This document shows positions 61,207 through 64,000 of a DNA stretch of 64,000 bases, piece by piece. The DNA lies in the NCBI GenBank assembly GCA_951406725.2, contig OX597815.1, positions 1,302,001-1,366,000 of the forward strand, given 5' to 3'. How positions within the stretch are numbered: position 1 is the stretch's first letter; each line of letters begins with the position of its first letter. A model generated the notes under the pieces. It made no database searches and had not been told where the DNA came from. It saw nothing but the letters and a program-made list of their open reading frames with translations. Position numbers and translations under genes: made by a program. The DNA is from Octopus vulgaris. Lineage: Eukaryota.

Positions 61207-64000
61207 ATGTCTGCAAAACCTTTTTCTGCGAATATTCCACCTCCTGAGCGAATGTCTTTATCAGGAAATGTGGCCAGCAATTGGAGAAGATTTAAACGAA
61301 ACTTTTTGAATTATTCAATTACCAGTTGACTCTCGAATGAAGTTGATACTGGATATGAAACTTCTTTATTTCTAGCGAGAAATGGAGAAGAATGTTTTGA
61401 TGTATATGAAGGACTACAAATTGACAATAAAGAACAGAGAAATGACCCAGCTGAAGGGATTAAGAAATTCAAGGACATTTTCAGGCTCATGAGTCTCATC
61501 AATTCCAAGAGAAAAACAAGAGAATTCCGAGAACATAGAAACCTACACAGCTGTCTGGTGCCAACTTGCAAAAAACTGAAACTTTGGAGGATTAAAGGAC
61601 AGACTTATTAGGGATGAAGTTGTTGTTGGTGCTAAAGACAATGTTTTGGCAGACAAAAAGTTAACCCATGACAAATGTCTACAGATAGGGAGAACAGAGG
61701 AGACATGAAAACAACAAACAAAAGCCATCTCCTCAACTGTCAATGCAACAGATCCACAATTAACCCTTTCTTTACAGGACCAAATAATGAAAAAGGGTAT
61801 CAACATAAAAGGAAGATGCCTGAGAGGAAGTACATGCGGTGTGGAATGTTCCCATTTTACAATAGAAATGACTGCCCCCACCTCAGGAACAAGATGCAGA
61901 TGGTGTTTCAAAATAGGACACTACGCAACTGTTTGCAAGAATTTTCCAAGAGTTAGAACATCATTTCTTATGTTTCTTTGGAAAATACAAATGCAGTTCG
62001 TGAAGACAACAAGAATAGAATGGCAATCAAAAATAGAGGTTACCACCAAAGTATGCAGCATAATTGTGGAATTTAGAGTGGACACTGGTGCAGATGTGAC
62101 AGCAGTACCTGACCGGTTCTTCAGGAAGAATTCTCCAATAATAAAACCTACAAACAAAAGATTATATGGACCAGGTCAACACAAAATAAAAGTACTTGGA
62201 CGTGTAGATGCCACATTGAATTACGGGAAAGCAACATCGCAACAGGAACTGTACATTGCGCAACACTTAGCTGAACCATTATTGGGTGGACCAGCAATCA
62301 AAGCTCTCAATCTATTGAGTAAAATCAATATGATAAAAAGTGAAGGTCTCCAATACAAAAAAAGACTTCCCCAATGTGTTTACAGGTCGAAGGAAATTGA
62401 GGTATATACCGTAAATCCTCGAGTATAATCCGCATTTTTTCCCCCAAATTTAAAGGTCAAAATCCCTAGTGCGTATTATATACGAGGTTAAAAATGAAAA
62501 TTATTTTCTAAGCAATGTCCGAGTCTCTATTTGCTATGTCTATGCCTACATCGATGGTCTGTTGTTTGCCAGTTCTAGTGCTGATGAGCATGCACAACAT
62601 TTAAAGCTGCTTTTCCAACGCCTGACCCAATTCAGAGTTACAACAAATCCAGCTAAATGTGTTTTTGGATCCTCTTCACTTGTTTTCCTTGGCCACCTCA
62701 TCGATGAAGTGGGTATTAGGCCTCTTCCTGAAAAAGTCCATGCTATCCAAGAACTCCCTCCTCCCACCTCGCTCCGGCAGCTTCATCGTTTCCCGGGATT
62801 ATTGAACTTTTATAGACGATTTATCCCTCGCTGTTCGAAACACCTTGCTCCTCTTACTGAGCTTTTAAAAGATCGCAAGAACAAAAACGAAGCTATTTCA
62901 CTCTCACCTTCCCAAATGGATGCTTTTCGAACGGTAAAGCGTGAACTTGCTCAAGCCTCGCTGTTAGCGCACCCTGTTTATGGTGCAAAGCTTTCGCTTG
63001 TGGTAGACGCATCAGATACACCGGTAGGCGCCGTGTTGCAACAGTTCCATCAAGAACATATGCAAACTTTGGCATTTTTCTCTCGGCAGCTGCTGAGAAT
63101 TTAGCAGAGACGACCAAACCATTCCGGGATCTACTAAAAAGACCACTTGGATATTGGACCAGCCTCAAGAAACGCTTCGGACTCTGAAGGAAAAGCTGAG
63201 CTCTGCACCAGTATGGGATGCATCGTCTTATGGCTTGGGTGGGGTACTTCTTCAGAAGGAAGGAGATGGCCGGGGACCTGTATTCTATGCATTGAAATCT
63301 CTCATTGAGACAGAGCAGAGATATGCACAGATTGAGAAGGAAGTATCAGCAGTCACAGGGTGTTGTGAGAAGTTTGCTTTACTTCTTGATAGAACTACCA
63401 AAGTTCTTGGTAGAAACAAATCACAAGCCTCTACTACTTCTGCTAAAGACTAAACGTCTCAATGGGTTGATTCCAAGAATCCAGCGTCTCCGCATGCACC
63501 TAAAGAGATTCACCTACGAGATCACACACATCGCAGGGAAAAACCTCGTTACAGCAGACACCCTATCCAGAGCTCTTGGCAGCGTACCAATGAAACAAGA
63601 ATTCCAGCAGGAGACAGAGATGTTTGTCTGTTCTTTCATAGAGACCATCTTTGTGAGTGACAAATGACTGGAGGAAATCAAGCAGAAACTAAGACCTGAC
63701 AAAATCTGTGGTCAAGTGGTCAACTTCTACAAGATGGACCACTGGCCTGAAGCAGCCACACAAGATCTGGAACCGAGACCCTTCTGGTTTGTATGGCAGT
63801 ATCTAACAGTTTATCAGGGATTCTTACTGTATCAGAGTTGACTCATCATCCCTGCAGACATCTTGGATCGTCTACATGAAGGACACCAAGGTGAGGGACA
63901 GTATTTGGTGGCCAGGCCTTTCCAGGCAAATTGCTGAGAAGACAGGAAGGTGTAGTAGAATACGAGAGAAGGAAAAGAAATATCCACCAGAACCACTACA
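61207..64000 (+). mobile_element. Decayed Ty3/Gypsy (Mag-like) gag-pol, runs off window
   Basis: Gag NW..FK..F..Y, zinc knuckle CRWCFKIGHYATVC, protease VDTGAD, RNase H DASSYGLGGVL/YAQIEKE/TNHKPL, integrase start HEGHQG; many disruptions. Confidence 0.88.

Overview
Repeat-rich eukaryotic genomic DNA. The SINE/RTE repertoire and microsatellite load are most consistent with an octopus (coleoid cephalopod), which is an inference. Positions 5001-47411 carry the last 18 coding exons (hand-spliced at GT-AG sites, all phases compatible, about 1225 aa) of a + strand PTPN13-like gene with three PDZ domains and a C-terminal PTP domain. That domain appears catalytically dead (WPD->WPY, HCSAGxGR->HCSSGSSL, Q-loop Q->E). 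The 5' part of the gene is not found in the window. Introns hold tRNA-derived SINEs, RTE/CR1/HERO-type LINE fragments, a deleted mariner, TTAA-flanked MITEs, a Helitron-like element and fold-back elements, three of which carry hammerhead ribozyme motifs. A roughly 4 kb interval free of recognisable repeats (likely 3'UTR) follows. After it come a decayed CR1-group LINE, a young 5'-truncated Penelope-like element (open RT + GIY-YIG ORF, 438-bp inverted pseudo-LTRs each with a hammerhead), two further Penelope-like relics and a decayed chimeric Ty3/Gypsy element. Most ORFs in the supplied track are spurious repeat translations.
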